64,000 nucleotides of DNA, from NCBI GenBank assembly GCA_965153285.1, contig OZ229112.1; one strand, given 5' to 3'. Positions 1-13,681 of this stretch are shown here, in pieces (position 1 is the first letter of the stretch; each line of letters starts with the position of its first letter). Both the position numbers and the translations under genes were made by a program. The DNA is from Podarcis tiliguerta. Taxonomy: Eukaryota. The notes beneath the pieces were generated by a model. It was given only the letters and a program-made list of their open reading frames with translations. It was not told the origin of the DNA and searched no databases.

Positions 1-255
1 TGGTAAATAACAAGGGAGACAATTTCTGCTTAAGGAATCTGATGTCATTGTTAGTGATGTAATAAATTCCACTAAGTTAAGAAAGAGATACTCCCGAGTA
101 AGTATCTTTCATTAGGAATTTAGGCAGCAATCCTATACCCAGGAGTAAGCCCCATTGAAGGAGTTGATTCTGAGTTAACACATATAGACTGCACTGTTAG
201 TTAATTCTTTTGATATACAAGAATCCAAGCCACCTGCCCAGTCTTGATTTGTCTG

Positions 256-305
<50 letters not shown>

Positions 306-310
306 TAATA
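256..310. repeat. (AAT)n microsatellite at the tail of an L2 LINE
   Basis: About 18 perfect AAT units. Confidence 0.95.
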
Positions 311-1024
311 GTATTGATAATAATTTATACCCCACCCATGTGGCTGGGTTTTCCCAGCCACTCTGGCTGGCTTCCAATAAAATGTTAAAATACAATGGTC
401 TTTCAGATATTAAAAGCTTCCCTAAACAGGGCTGCCTTCAGATGCCTCTGAAAAGTCTGGTAGTTTTTTCCCCTTTGATATCTGGTGGGAGGGTGTTCCA
501 CAGGGCGGGCGCCACCACCGAGAAGGCCCTCTGCCTGGTTCCCTATAACTTCACTTCTTGCAGTGAGGGAACCGCCAGAAGGCCTTCGGTGCTGGACCTC
601 AGTGTCCGGGCAGAACAATGGGGGTGGAGACGCTCCTTCAGGTATACTGGACTGAGGCTGTTTAGGGCTTTAAAGGTCAGCACCAACACTTTGAATTGTG
701 CTCGGAAACATACTGGGAGCCAATGTAGGTCTTTCTAGACCGGTGTTATGTGGTCTCGGCAGCTGCTCCCAGTCACCAGTCTAGCTGCCACATTCTGGAC
801 TAGTTGTAGTTTTCGGGTCACCTTCAAAGGTAGCCCCACGTAGAGCACATTGCAGTAGTCCAAGTGGGAAATAACTAGAGTATGCACCACTCTGGCAAGA
901 GTCTGCGGGCAGGTAGGGTCTCAGCTTGCGTACCAGATGGAGCTGGTAGACAGCTGCCCTGGACGCAGAATTGACCTGTGCCTCCATGGACAGCTGCGAG
1001 TCCAAAATGACTCCCAAGCTGTGC
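311..1024 (-). mobile_element. L2-clade LINE, 5'-truncated 3' fragment (degenerate ORF2 C-terminus)
   Basis: - strand LGVILDSQLSMEAQV...YQLHLVRKLRPYL, then across frameshifts SRLDYCNALYVGLP and HLKAALFREAF; 3'UTR hairpin and (TAT)n tail. Confidence 0.85.
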
Positions 1025-1294
1025 TCCCAGGAAGAGTTCTTCTAAGCACTGAACATGAAGATTCAGGAAAACATCAACTGCCATCCAGCATACAGTAAAC
1101 ATATGTATTTCAACGGTGTTTAAGCAATTTTACTGTGTTTAAAACTGCAAAATTGCATAGTAAGGGCAAAACTTATTATGATTGTAAACTTAAATTTCCA
1201 TTTTTCCCTGAGATGAAATGCTTATGTGCCACTCAGTTTTCAACTAAAGTGTTCTATAGGATGAAAAAAAATTACATCTATTTATTTTCTCTAG

Positions 1295-1538
<244 letters not shown>

Positions 1539-2322
1539 AAATACAACCTTTTCCTCCATAGTCTGGTGGGTTTGAAACCTGCCTTTTTTGTACATTTCAG
1601 GCTGAAATTCTTAAAATTCTTTGTTTCACCTGCTATTCTGCACTAGATAGCAAGCTTTAGGAAACCCTTGTTTGTTTCAAACCTTTCTGTCTAGTGCAGA
1701 ATAGCTGGTGACTCATAAATAAACCTTGGTTTTGAGGCCTTGAACAAGTGTCACGACCTAGAGCTCTTCCCTTACCCCAATCCTTCTCCTGTTATGTATC
1801 GTTATTAATATGAGCATATAACTATCATCACCATCATACTAGTCTGTATGAAGCCAGATATTTTTGTTACCTCTGAACTTGACCTAGCTTGTTTTCCTAG
1901 TTTGTTAACCAACATTAAACCAGAGTTCCCCATTTGTAATGTAATGGCAAACTATGACTGAATACAAATCAGAATTCTTACTCTAAAGCCAGTGCATGAC
2001 AGGAAGAAGAATGAGGCAAAGAATACTTGATCCCAACGCTCATTCATGACTTCATAAAGTTTGGTTTATCAGGCCTCTAAACAAGCCTTTGTGAGGCACA
2101 GCAGAGTTATGGTTTTTAGAAATTCTGCCTGTATCTCATTGATTTTCATCCGTTCTTTGGCCCCTAGTACCTACCAGTTTCTGCCTTATTGGCCTGCAAA
2201 ACAAATTTATATCCCTGCCTTTCTGGTTTAACATCAGGAATTTTATTGTGATGCCAAGGTAGCTGACATGCCACTTAACCCAAAGTGCTTGAGAAAAACC
2301 ACTATCATTTCGGAAAATAAAG

Positions 2323-2538
2323 GGAGGAATCCAGTGTTGCACAAGTAGAGTTTTGCTTGCGTAACAGGACTCTCCTCTTCTCAGCAGTCCCTCCCGTGCC
2401 CCCTTCCAAATCTTCTCAGCTGTCTCCCCCAGTTCTCCAGAGTGGATTTTGAGTGTGGGAGGGGAAAGAAGAATGCAAAGCTGCATTGCATGAGTGGAAA
2501 TCCATTCTGCTCACATACAGGCAACACTGGATACAACC
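2323..2538. mobile_element. MITE-like element with terminal inverted repeats
   Basis: ATCCAGTGTTGC (2329-2340) ... GCAACACTGGAT (2521-2532). Confidence 0.5.
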
Positions 2539-2642
2539 TAATAACTATAAAGCTTTTGTAGAAGTCTTTTAAGCACAGCCTTGAATAATTTTATAAAATC
2601 ACTACCTGTTCTTTGTCTCTAACTTCACTTCTTCATTTACAG

Positions 2643-2850
2643 GTTTTTAATCAGCTGAGTTCTGTACTTAGTAAATGTGATATTTCTGTTCATTTGGTGG
2701 AAATCAGTCCAAAATTAAGTGAGATTCAAGCATCAGTACTCACAGAAGGAAAGACAGAATTAATAGAGAGTCCCACTACCTACATGCAAGGGATTACTAA
2801 GACCAGGCTGCCAATTTTCTGGTACCAAGACCTGAATGATGTGCCAGAAG
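2643..2850 (+). CDS. NDUFAF7: NDUFAF7 internal exon (VFNQLSSVLSKCDISVHLVEISPKLSEIQ...DVPE)
   Basis: catttacag acceptor, gtaagg donor; within ORF 2613..2861; LVEISP motif. Confidence 0.95.
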
Positions 2851-3218
2851 GTAAGGTTTGATGCTCGTGTGTGTGCTTTTATTGAACTGTCATTAGTTCT
2901 CTTTTTAAAGCTTTGCAGTGGTGAGGTGTCCAGAGGTTATATAACTGTAGATCTGCTTCTCCTTGGTATGTTTTAATGTGAGTTTGGATAGTTTGATTGC
3001 AAAATGTTTATAGTAAATCTGTTTTTGAAGATTTCAGTTTTTGTGGTGGTAAAACAATTTTCTAGTGGTTCTTCATATTGTGCTTGAAATTGCAGTTTTG
3101 AATCTAGTGCAACAGATACCTCATACAGCAGTTCCAAGTGAAGACTTTGGGTGCTATTTAAGTGGGAAATGTTAGTTTCAGAGGTTGTAATTTGATTGAC
3201 ACTTTGTTTTTCCTTTAG

Positions 3219-3277
3219 GCTTCAGTTTTTATTTAGCACATGAATTTTTTGACGCTCTTCCTATACACAAATTTCAG
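3219..3277 (+). CDS. NDUFAF7: NDUFAF7 internal exon (FSFYLAHEFFDALPIHKFQ)
   Basis: tcctttag acceptor, gtatga donor, 59 bp, phase fits the previous exon. Confidence 0.95.
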
Positions 3278-4510
3278 GTATGATAGCTCTTTATTGCATG
3301 ACTTGACTTTAAGAGTATTTACTATTTAGAAAGAGAACAAAACTACAATCCAGTGGAGGTAGAGAGCAAGTGTGTCTGTGTCATGGAACTGACATGCTTT
3401 AATAAGTACATGGAATGACAGAAATGAATTTAACTTAACAACAACTTATTTTGTACAATGAAGTGTATATATTATACAAAATAAGTCAAATCATTAAGTT
3501 AAATTCAGCTTTTTTATATAGCAAAAGTTTTATATTTAGATACAGTGCATGTATTCTAATTTTGGAAACCAAGATTGTAGGGAATAGTGATCAAGTACTT
3601 GCACTGTACACAGACATGTCAGCAGTCTTGTAATAATACAAGATTCTGCGTTTAACTACATCTATTGATTTAAATAGGCAATGGTAGGATTTGTGTTATT
3701 CTTATTCTACTAGTTGCACACTTGTTTATCTAGTCTACAAGGTTGGTATGCAAATCATATAAATTTGTATAAATATTTGTTTTTTTACAAATTTAATAAA
3801 TAATATTATTACTGGCCAGTATTAGTGGTGTATTGGAGGAGAAATGTAGGGCAGCACTGCTCCAGGACTTTTTTCAGAAGAGAAGATATTACATCTGCTA
3901 GAATGGCAAAGTTACTGAATTAGCATACAAGTCAGAGAATGAGGGAAACAGTCAAGCTGCGGCTGGAGATTGCTTCCTCTCTTTTTCATGAGCTTCCTGC
4001 TTCCAGCTTAAATGCATTCCTAATTAAAAGCTAACACTTGCATTTCAGCTGGCTCACAATATTTTGTTAACGCCCAGTGTGTTTTACAATCTACCCTGTC
4101 AGAAGCAAGTACCATTGAGTTTTGATAAGAGCTTATAGGAAACTATGCACAGGATTACTGCCATGCTGATTCTAATAAATTGGATATTAAACAGTACACA
4201 GCTGCTTTCAGATGTGCAGATGTGTGTAATAATGGATTAACACAGTTGACTGGGTTTTTTGTTTCTACTGGTCAGAATACTAAGGAATATAGCAGGAACT
4301 TTACCACAAAGGTACAAATTAGTGAAGCAAAATCTGTTCATGTTTGCTTTTAAAGAACTTCACTGAGAGGTAAAAGTATAATAAATGATTAATCGGCTTT
4401 TTTTTTTTTTTGTCAAGAGCATATCCTTGAATAAACTTACATGCAATGGTAAACAGTGTAGCTGACAGTGTTCAATGAAATCCGTATCCAAGTTATTTTT
4501 AAATTAACAG

Positions 4511-4624
4511 AAAACAGAAAAGGGGTGGCGTGAGTTGTTGGTTGACATTGATCCAGACACTCCTGACAACCTGCGATTTGTCCTTGCGCCATCTGCTACT
4601 CCTGCTGCAAAAGCCTTCATACAT
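4511..4624 (+). CDS. NDUFAF7: NDUFAF7 internal exon (KTEKGWRELLVDIDP...KAFIH)
   Basis: taacag acceptor, gtaagc donor, 114 bp, GWRE motif. Confidence 0.93.
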
Positions 4625-5277
4625 GTAAGCTCGCTTATATAATCCTCTCCATCCAGCTAATACTGCCATTGTGTTACATATTTTGAGCTGCTCACTGTTT
4701 TCAAAATGTACTTACTGCAGTTATTATCACTGTTTCAAACATACTTATCTGGCGGTTTTTATTGATAACATCTTAGTATGCATTTGTTATGTGCAATAAA
4801 ATTGTAAGGAAAGGCTACTTGCCATGTGAAACCAGACCAGTAAGTGTGATACATCTGTATTTCATTTTAGGAAAAGAGATGGACAAGCAGAATATTAAGC
4901 TATAGATTCCTAAGGAAAACTTTATAGAATCTTGTATAGCAGCTTACCTGGTATTTATCAAATTAACCAGTAAGATCATTACTAAAATGCAACAAATCTC
5001 GCATCTAGTTAATTCCGACAAGGGGTTTTATTTCATAACAAATGTAGGATCCAGATAGACATGTGACAAACCCCATCTTGCAGATTTCCTGCTATCGTTT
5101 CCCTGCAGGGAATCCTGAGAATTACAGGTTTGATGGACGATTCATGTCCTCCCATAAAACTCACAACCCAAAATTCTCTTGAGCGAATCTGCAGGAAAGT
5201 GTCAGGACTTATAGCTGTAGACATGTGTTCATATACTGCTACATAACTGTTTGTTCAACCCCTGAATTCTCATTTAG

Positions 5278-5421
5278 GACAAAGAATCCAGAGATCATGT
5301 GGAAGTGTGTCCTGATGCTGGTATCATCATCCAGAAGCTGGCCCATAATATTGAAAAGAATGGGGGCAATGCACTGATTGTAGATTATGGCCACAATGGA
5401 ACCAAAACAGATACGTTCAGG
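5278..5421 (+). CDS. NDUFAF7: NDUFAF7 internal exon (DKESRDHVEVCPDAG...IVDYGHNGTKTDTFR)
   Basis: catttag acceptor, gtaggt donor, 144 bp, DYG motif. Confidence 0.95.
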
Positions 5422-5799
5422 GTAGGTTGATTTATAAAGGTTCCTACAGGACAGTTTGCGTGAACAGTCTGTTTTTTTCCAAAGCTAAAATTTCTTCTCT
5501 ACTATCTGGGGCAGTTACTAAAGTAGCTTTGCAATAAAAGGTGGAGTAGAAGTGCACCATTTTGTGGCATTTATCTATTGCCAATAATGTTATAGCCAGC
5601 AATAAGTGGTGAGGTTTTGGAAAGGGAGCCATTTGTAGCTTAAGACAGCATACAATTCTTCAAAAATCATAATTCGTAACTTGAACAATTCCCTTTTTAT
5701 AATTGGAGGTCATTATTCCTCTGTGCTCTATTTTTGTCTGCAACCTAAAAAGCTGCAGGGTCTAAGTGAACCATTCCCCCCCCCCCCATTATTTTTCAG

Positions 5800-5973
5800 G
5801 GATTCCGTGGACATGAACTTCACAATGTCTTAATATCTCCAGGAACAGCGGACCTCACAGCAGATGTTGACTTCAGTTACCTGCGAAAAATAGCACAGGA
5901 AAGAGTAGCAACATTGGGTCCCATAAAGCAACATGATTTTTTGAAAAATATGGGCATTGATATCAGACTGCAG
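5800..5973 (+). CDS. NDUFAF7: NDUFAF7 internal exon (GFRGHELHNVLISPGTADLTADVDFSYL...IRLQ)
   Basis: tttttcag acceptor, gtaggg donor, 174 bp, PGxADLTADVDF motif. Confidence 0.95.
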
Positions 5974-6266
5974 GTAGGGGCCACTTTCTGGCTAGTTTAT
6001 AAAAACTAGTCTTACTTAACTGAATCACTTAGATTATCTGTAGCTGATTTAAGTCTCATTGTAATGAGAGACAGAACCTGTATTATTTATTTTGAAGGGT
6101 GGGATAAAAATTTATCAAATGAACAAGTTAAAATTCAGAATATACAAATTTGGAAGGGCAGGAGATTGATGTAATTCTAGGATGGAAAGTAGCCAAGTTA
6201 CAGGTAGCACAATTGGACAATTCTGCAGTTTTAAAGGGGATTAAAATAATCCATTTTCCCATTTAG

Positions 6267-6482
6267 GTACTATTGAAAAGTGTCAATGATGCAGCCATTC
6301 AGACTCAGCTGCTTCGAAGTTATGAAATGTTAATGGACCTGGATAAAATGGGAGGACGTTTCCACTTTTTTGCCATGTTACCTCACTCCAGATTTACAGC
6401 TTCAGATCAGCAAAAGAAGTCAAAAGACTCAACATCACATTCAGCATTTGTTGCTGGCTTTGGTGAACTCTCATGGAAGTGA
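6267..6482 (+). CDS. NDUFAF7: NDUFAF7 last coding exon (VLLKSVND...MGGRFHFFAML...VAGFGELSWK*)
   Basis: ccatttag acceptor; TGA at 6480-6482; MGxRF and VAGF C-terminal motifs. Confidence 0.94.
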   Translation, partial: VLLKSVNDAAIQTQLLRSYEMLMDLDKMGGRFHFFAMLPHSRFTASDQQKKSKDSTSHSAFVAGFGELSWK

Positions 6483-6679
6483 ACCCCAAATGTGAATGCT
6501 TTAAGAGAACGATGCAGGCTTCCCATTGCGAATCATGGAAATAGGGGTATGTAGATAGGTCTCATAACAATCATGTTGCCTTTCTGTAACAATGCCTGCA
6601 CACAGGGATTTTGATACAGTTACCAAAGTTAGAGGAAGTACAGAGGATACAGTAGTGGGGGAAAGACGCATGATAGGGA

Positions 6680-6685
6680 AATAAA
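6680..6685 (+). terminator. Candidate poly(A) signal (AATAAA) for NDUFAF7
   Basis: First AATAAA after the NDUFAF7 stop, about 200 nt downstream. Confidence 0.6.
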
Positions 6686-6686
6686 A

Positions 6687-6692
6687 TTTATT
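6687..6692 (-). terminator. Candidate distal poly(A) signal (AATAAA on - strand) for PRKD3
   Basis: TTTATT on +; on the - strand it is preceded by a U-rich tract and TGTAAATA (6708-6715), typical of a 3'UTR end. Confidence 0.5.
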
Positions 6693-7207
6693 TTCAAGCT
6701 TAGAGGATATTTACAAACAACGGGACATATAAAAATATAAAAAGTACTTGACAGTGTCTTTTTGAGGCTACAAGTTTTACATGAATATCTTCTAGCATCA
6801 ATACAGAACTATTTCTTCAATGAATGCAACTTAACTGAAAAACAAAGATTAATGATAATGCAACACTGGGTACAAATTCATTTGGAGCAACAGATTTAAT
6901 GCCAACCTTCAGTGACTTAAAGCTTTGATTTAATAATATTTGTAGGCATTTATAGGAAAGTTAGAGTGCAAGCTATGCAGTTTATTTATGGTTTGTGAAA
7001 TGTGTGTAACAGCTGTTATAGAGTAGAAACATTCCAGTTATTTCTCATCTTTAACCACAACAGAGCTTTTTATTCCTACCCTACTGGTCCAAAATTTTGC
7101 CTTTCTGAAACCTGAAATTAAATCAAGAGGCATACCTGACACTGTACATTCTTGACTCTCTTTGCTGCTGTTTAAATATGGCTCTCTGATGCTACAACCG
7201 ATCTTAA

Positions 7208-7292
7208 GGCTGCAATCCTATATACACCTACCTGGAAGCAAACCCCACTGAATTCAAGGGGACTTATTTCTGAGTAGACAGCTATAGGATAA
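7208..7292. repeat. Short palindromic interspersed repeat (tgcaatccta...taggat); related copies near 123-195 and 44291-44379
   Basis: Imperfect inverted symmetry and several similar copies in the window. Confidence 0.6.
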
Positions 7293-10200
7293 CAACTGAG
7301 TCAATCCGAAATAATATTGATCCTATTCTGTTGTTGCATAAGTTTACAAAGAAACAATAAGACAAAACAGTGAAACATCTATGAACACTTCCAATAGACT
7401 AATAGTTATGCCACAACAAAATGTGCTTTGCTAGAACAGCTACTTTCAGTGTTCAATACCATGCTATAAATACAGAATAGTTCCAGCTGTATATTCAAAA
7501 AATTGAATAGTAGCTTCCAATAATTTTACAACATGATTGGACCATTTGTGATAGGGGCTTCCAATTATTTCACTTATCCATGACATTTTGACTGCCTTTG
7601 AGACTTAGTCATTCTCATCTATGCTGTGGATTCTCCCCACTGAGAGCACTGCTCCCCACGCCTACAGTAGAAAAGGTTAAGAAACTGATGACAGTAAAAT
7701 TACAATGACCTTTTCTATAGGTGAGAAACATTTTCTAGAATATTTTCCAGATTTACTTTGAATACATTTGTAGCTTAACTACAAGGATAATCTGCTAAAA
7801 GATCCTGGCTGATTATTTTGGACTCTGTGGTTTGGAGAAGGCTTCATCCACATTAAACTTGTCTCTTGCATTTCCAAACAGCTGCATTATTTCAGAGGGT
7901 CCCCCCAATTTGTAGAATTTTAATCCCTGGAACAACTTCCAATTCAAGATTGTAGAAATTAACGTTCTTTGAATCCACATGTTACTTGCAACCCACTGAC
8001 CCAATTTACATGTTACTGCTTTGGCAAAGTTCCTGCCATTAAACAGATTCTTGGTTGTCCACTCACTTCAATAATAAAAGCATCAGTCATGTAGGTAACT
8101 CTGCCTACATAATCAGTACTTTTATACATTAATTACCATGTCACATTGGAGTTTGTAATGGGATAACAAAATAAGATACAAAAAGTTTCAGTCCAAGTAT
8201 TCTGAATACAGAGCAAATACATGAAGAACTGCAGGTGCATAGCTGACTCTCAAAATCTGTTCAACAAATATGCCTGAAATTAGGCCAGTGATTCATGTGG
8301 GTCACAGTAAACATCAGTGAGTTAGTGAAACGTTCTGCACAGTGCAGAAACATTCATGCAGCATTCCATCATAAATCAATCCACACGATCCTAATCAAAT
8401 TCTAGTTTGAAGCAGGCCATAGGTGCACTACAAACCCCTTTTAGAAATGGTGGTGAACACATGGTCCTCAATATGTTATTAGATTCCTACTCCCATTATC
8501 CTTGCCCATTGGACGTGGTGGATGGGGCTAATGAAAGTTCAAATCTAAGGATCTAAGTGAACTTATAAATGCATGTTCTCTATTCGGTGACAACAACATC
8601 CAGTGATGAGTTGCACATGCAAAATAGTCTTCATAAATCAAAATGCCACAGGCAGAATTTTCACATCACATTACCTCAGTATTTTTTAGCTGAGGCCGCT
8701 CACATTCAGCTGAACATAAATCAAGGGAGACACACAAATGGAAGAATAAACACCCATATTTCATATATCCTGCCGTTCCAACTCATATGCCTCATAAGAC
8801 TATGAATCTGTAGCCCCAATGACACACAGTCTTTGTTCTGCTTCACTCCTGCTAGACTGAAATAAGGAGTTTGTGAATTGCACCATTCATCTAAAATTTG
8901 CACATTAGAGAAATGCTACCACTGAAACTGAGTTTGTAAGTTTGTCTGGCAACTGAAACAAAGCAACAAAACACAAACACATTAAATAATTATACAAGGT
9001 TTTTCTAAAGCTTGCTCTATCATAGTGTACTCCATTATTCAACACATTTTCCTCTACTTGTGGCAATCTAATTGGAGATTGTATAGCATAGAAAATTCCA
9101 TTATACTGAATGCTCACAGAGTATCCAGAACACACTAATAAATTTAAGGTCAAGAGGAAGCGATGGAGAGGTGGCCAAATCCTTTTGCTGTTAGAGGATT
9201 TGGAAAATAAACTGGCCTATGAACAGCTGTTAAAGGTCATGATCAAATGAAGCTATATCCTAGAGATGGGGCCACACACTGTTGGAACTTACTTTGAAGT
9301 TTTTTGCTGCAACAGCTACAGCAGCATGCCTTGGCCAGAGCAAGTGTTGCCATGAAAATTTCACAGAACGCTTCAACTGCACATCTGGTTCTTGCTGACA
9401 TTTATATTCAGCTTATTTCAATTGTAGACCACATTTCCCTGAAAATGTTAACTTCATAACTAGATCCAGGTTAGTTCATTTGTTTGCCAGTCATCTATTA
9501 TAAATAGAACAGTTGGTTGAGATGAAATATAAAATTAAGCAAGGTTTTTATTTTAGATTTACTTTAGTGACATTTGCACTGGTTGTCCAGTAGCCTTTAA
9601 TGTTCTCAGACTGCTTTAGGTTATCTTCATATAGCCTTGTTCTTGAACTGCTGCTTCCATCATTTCTCCGGATCAAAAAAATTGGTTTAACTTAAGGGAA
9701 TGTATGCACTGGACCTTCCTTATTGTGATAAGATTTTTGAGATTCTTCTTCTGTGTTCCTCTCTTGCTCTTTACATAGTTGTAATTCACAGACATGCACA
9801 GGAATAACTTTTATGTCAAGTGTAAAACCTAGTCCTGTAATGACACAGAATGCAGGGCAAGTGAAAGGAGGGCATGAAATGCTGGGAGAAAGCAAAGTGA
9901 AAAGAAGTCAGCTGATGACAGTTGAAGAAGAGAAGATGCTGAAGACCGACCTGAGGAAGGAGATGAACAGGAAATCAGAAAGAAGAAAAGCAGATGCAAA
10001 ACAGAACTGACAGGCTGCTATTCAGACAGCAATAATTAACACTATGATGGAACAAACAGTGGCCAGGAAGTGAATTCATATAATTGTGTTAACTTTTTTA
10101 TCTATAAAGTACCACCCATTCATACTCATTAAATCTAGGAGTGCTTGCCAAATTGATGCTCATCTGTAATTGAGAACTGTGTGGATTAAATGTAAGTGTT

Positions 10201-11229
10201 TTGTAAGCAGACCTGCTAGCAGGAAGGGAAAGGAAGAAAGGGGTGGCAGGTGTTAGCCCTTCCTCCAAGGCACTTCCCATCCTTTTCCCAACAGTAGATC
10301 TTTTAAGAAGAAGCCAACTGCATCAAGCAGAGTGCCTTGCAAGTAAATTTGTGTGGGACAGGAAGGAGGGAGGGAGGCAAACTTTCCACCCTTAACTTCT
10401 GAGTGACAAACCCAGCAAGTGGGAGGCAAAAGGCCACAACCCCCTGATCACCAGCAGCTAAGAGTGATTTTGCTAGACTACAGGGTTTAATGAAAGCAGA
10501 AGGAAAGCAAAGAGCAGAAAGCAAAGAGCAACCTGGAAACATAAATGACCGCATCTTCTTCCATGACACCAGAGATCCTAAGGATATATTACACTGTGGA
10601 TTCTAGTTACTAGAATTAATTGGAAATTAAGTAAAATGTTATTCCTTTCAAGAAATTAAAAGATTCTTTGGGGCCAAACTGCAGCAGACAAGTCTCTTCC
10701 AGACCAAAAGGAATGACAGCACAGAAGTATGCGCCCCCACCACCACCACCACCACAAGGCTATTGTGATGCACCTACTACCTTAAACTTCCCACCACAAA
10801 TCACGTTTCCACAGTGGAAGGCTAAACAACTGAAGATCTTAGTTGTGCACTGGATGCTAATTGGCTGGAGCCAAATATGTGATATGTGAGAGGGAACAAT
10901 ACACACAGCAGGAGCTTCAGTTTATTCTATCTGGTGCAACAATTCCCACTGCAGAAGATACCAATTGCTTTTAAAAGTTTATGTCTAGCACACGGAACTG
11001 TTGCGCTCAAAAACAACCAGTGGAGCACTTTTTTCTTTGCAGCAATATGCAAATTACATCTCTGGATCCTAGTCTATCGATAAATTAAGGCCGAAAGCCC
11101 TCCGTAAGCCTCAAGGTCACACTAACAACTGCCACACAATGATAATTCACCATAATGCTTTACTGTTCTCCTAATGTAAATGTTAAGGTGAAAACACACC
11201 TTGTCTATATTAAGTGGGATTATGGAGTA

Positions 11230-11479
11230 CAGTGGTACCTCAGAATGCGAACGGGATCTGTTCCGGAGCCCCGTTTGCATCCAGAAGCGAACGTAACTAG
11301 CGACGGCACGTCTGCGCATGCGTCACTTTTCGCCGCTTCTGCGTATGACGTCATTTTGAGCATCTGCACATGCGCGAGCGGTGAAACCCAGAAGTAACAC
11401 GCTCCATTACATCCGGGTTGCCACAGAGCGCAACTTGAACGTACTCAACATGAAGCATATTCAACCCAAGGTATGACTG
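11230..11479. mobile_element. Tc1/mariner (Tigger-like) non-autonomous element in the predicted PRKD3 3'UTR
   Basis: TA|CAGTGGTACCTC ... AAGGTATGACTG|TA termini; CpG-rich interior; same 5' terminus as 43922-44163. Confidence 0.8.
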
Positions 11480-12098
11480 TAATTTTAGTGCTCTGCACTT
11501 CCATACATCAAGAGGCTACTCTAGTTAAGCAGAAGGACCACAAATCTGCCTTAAAGTTATTGGCTCCCTTTACTTTTATTGCTTTTCCAACTCATACCTG
11601 CTAAATAAATATTCTACCAGTGTTTTGTATGGGGCTTAAAAATCAAGCATTGTTGTAGTTATTTGGTCATGGTATATATTTCAGGTTTCTCTACAGCTTC
11701 AGAACAGATGTATCTAAATACCAGAAAATAGTATTCTATGGCTTAGTAGGTAGGAACTAGAAAACCATTAAAATTATTTTGTTATTGTGTAAACTACAAA
11801 AACCCTGGAAATTTCACATATTACATCAAGTCTCTGTGCACTTCATCGGCCAGTAACATCACTGCGATGTACCAGTAAGGCAATGTTAACACAAATATTT
11901 CATGGCTTTTAACCCAGTGCCGGATCACATTCATAGTCATAGTAACTAGAGATGTGGAGCCTTTCCCAAGTCATCTAGTCCATCCAAAAACTGATGGAAG
12001 ATCCTTCACTGCTTTATAGACTGAAGAGCAAAGAGCAATACTTGCTCCATCAGAGTATCAGTAACGGTTTAAGTTAAGTGCCTTTCCCTGGATAACAA

Positions 12099-12272
12099 TT
12101 ATGGGTCTTCCTCCATATCATCTGGATTGGGGGCCATAATGAAATGTTTGGGGTATACAAGATTGTGCTCATACGCATGTTCTTCCCAGCGAGCATCATC
12201 ACTTTCATGGGTAATATAACGCTCTCCGATGCGAGTTTCAAACTCCCGAAGATCAAGCCAAGTTTGATAATC
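12099..12272 (-). CDS. PRKD3: PRKD3 last coding exon ([29 protein letters not shown]...DDMEEDP*)
   Basis: ctttttag acceptor; TAA 12101-12099; 174 bp. Confidence 0.96.
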   Translation of the reverse strand, partial: DYQTWLDLREFETRIGERYITHESDDARWEEHAYEHNLVYPKHFIMAPNPDDMEEDP

Positions 12273-13309
12273 CTAAAAAGAAAAGTTTAGATGAGTTGTT
12301 TCTGAACACAATGTTGATCTTAATAGCGCAGTGATTCATTTCTAAAAGCACAGTGTGTTACCCAACAATATTCAGTTCTGACTGTGGGCAAGTTCCTCAT
12401 TCCCACCACAGCCTCTGCTTCAAACCAATGTAACACGTTGATTTCATGCCAGTTAATCACATTACTTTCTAACCCTTGCAAGACCCCAGTATGCCTATCT
12501 TCATGCCTGCCTAACAGCAAAGTAAGCCAAAACATATTTCACCTTTAATGATACAAATGCTGCCTGGGTCACAAAGAACAGGCAAGGGTCAAGATAATAG
12601 ACCTCCACTCTAGTCATGCTCACTATCCTTACACTTAATTAGAGCCAAGCTTGGAGGGAGGTGTTTTTTGCAAATAAAAAATAAAAAAATCCAGCTAATT
12701 ATCAAGACGTGGAAATGGGATGCTCACAGGAGATCCTCAGGAGATCCACCTGTCCCTCAAGACAGTTTAAGTTGGGTTTTTACTCTCTATCTGGATTCCA
12801 AAATGAAAAGAGCTCTTATGGTGGGGGTTCAGGAAAGCTTTTATAGAGGAAAATCAGTGGAAGGGTTTGACAACCCTTTCTGTCAGCTGATTCTTCCTTT
12901 CAAGTACTGTCTCCATCACCAAGTCCTATACTTTAGCTCAGCAAAAGTGGGTTTCATACATCTAGTTACATTCTAAGTCAGTAACTGATGGCTGGGTGTA
13001 TGATACAACAACCAATGTTATAAAGCAATGAGTGTCAGAGACATCACTCCAAATCCGAAAATTATGACTCTTAACATCTATTATTTCAAATAACCCAGTG
13101 CATACTGCTAAACCCAGACCAAATTAAACAAACTCTCATCATGCCCAGAAAAGAGAGGAAGGAAAAATAGATAGCTCTACTCAAAATGAATCAAATAAAC
13201 TTTCCAAGATTTCATTTATACAAGACCTGTCAACTACTTGAGTCAGATTATGATTCATGTAATTGAACTGGGTAGCATATAACACAATAAAGCTGGTATG
13301 CATTAGCTA

Positions 13310-13681
<372 letters not shown>

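Noticed and set aside
201-738. Poly-Ile ORFs on both strands
   Set aside because: Produced by the (AAT)n microsatellite and the antisense strand of an L2 fragment
9692-10010. Short ORFs in the inter-stop region as an alternative terminal exon or small gene
   Set aside because: No convincing acceptor or homology; purine-rich low-complexity sequence within the probable 3'UTR
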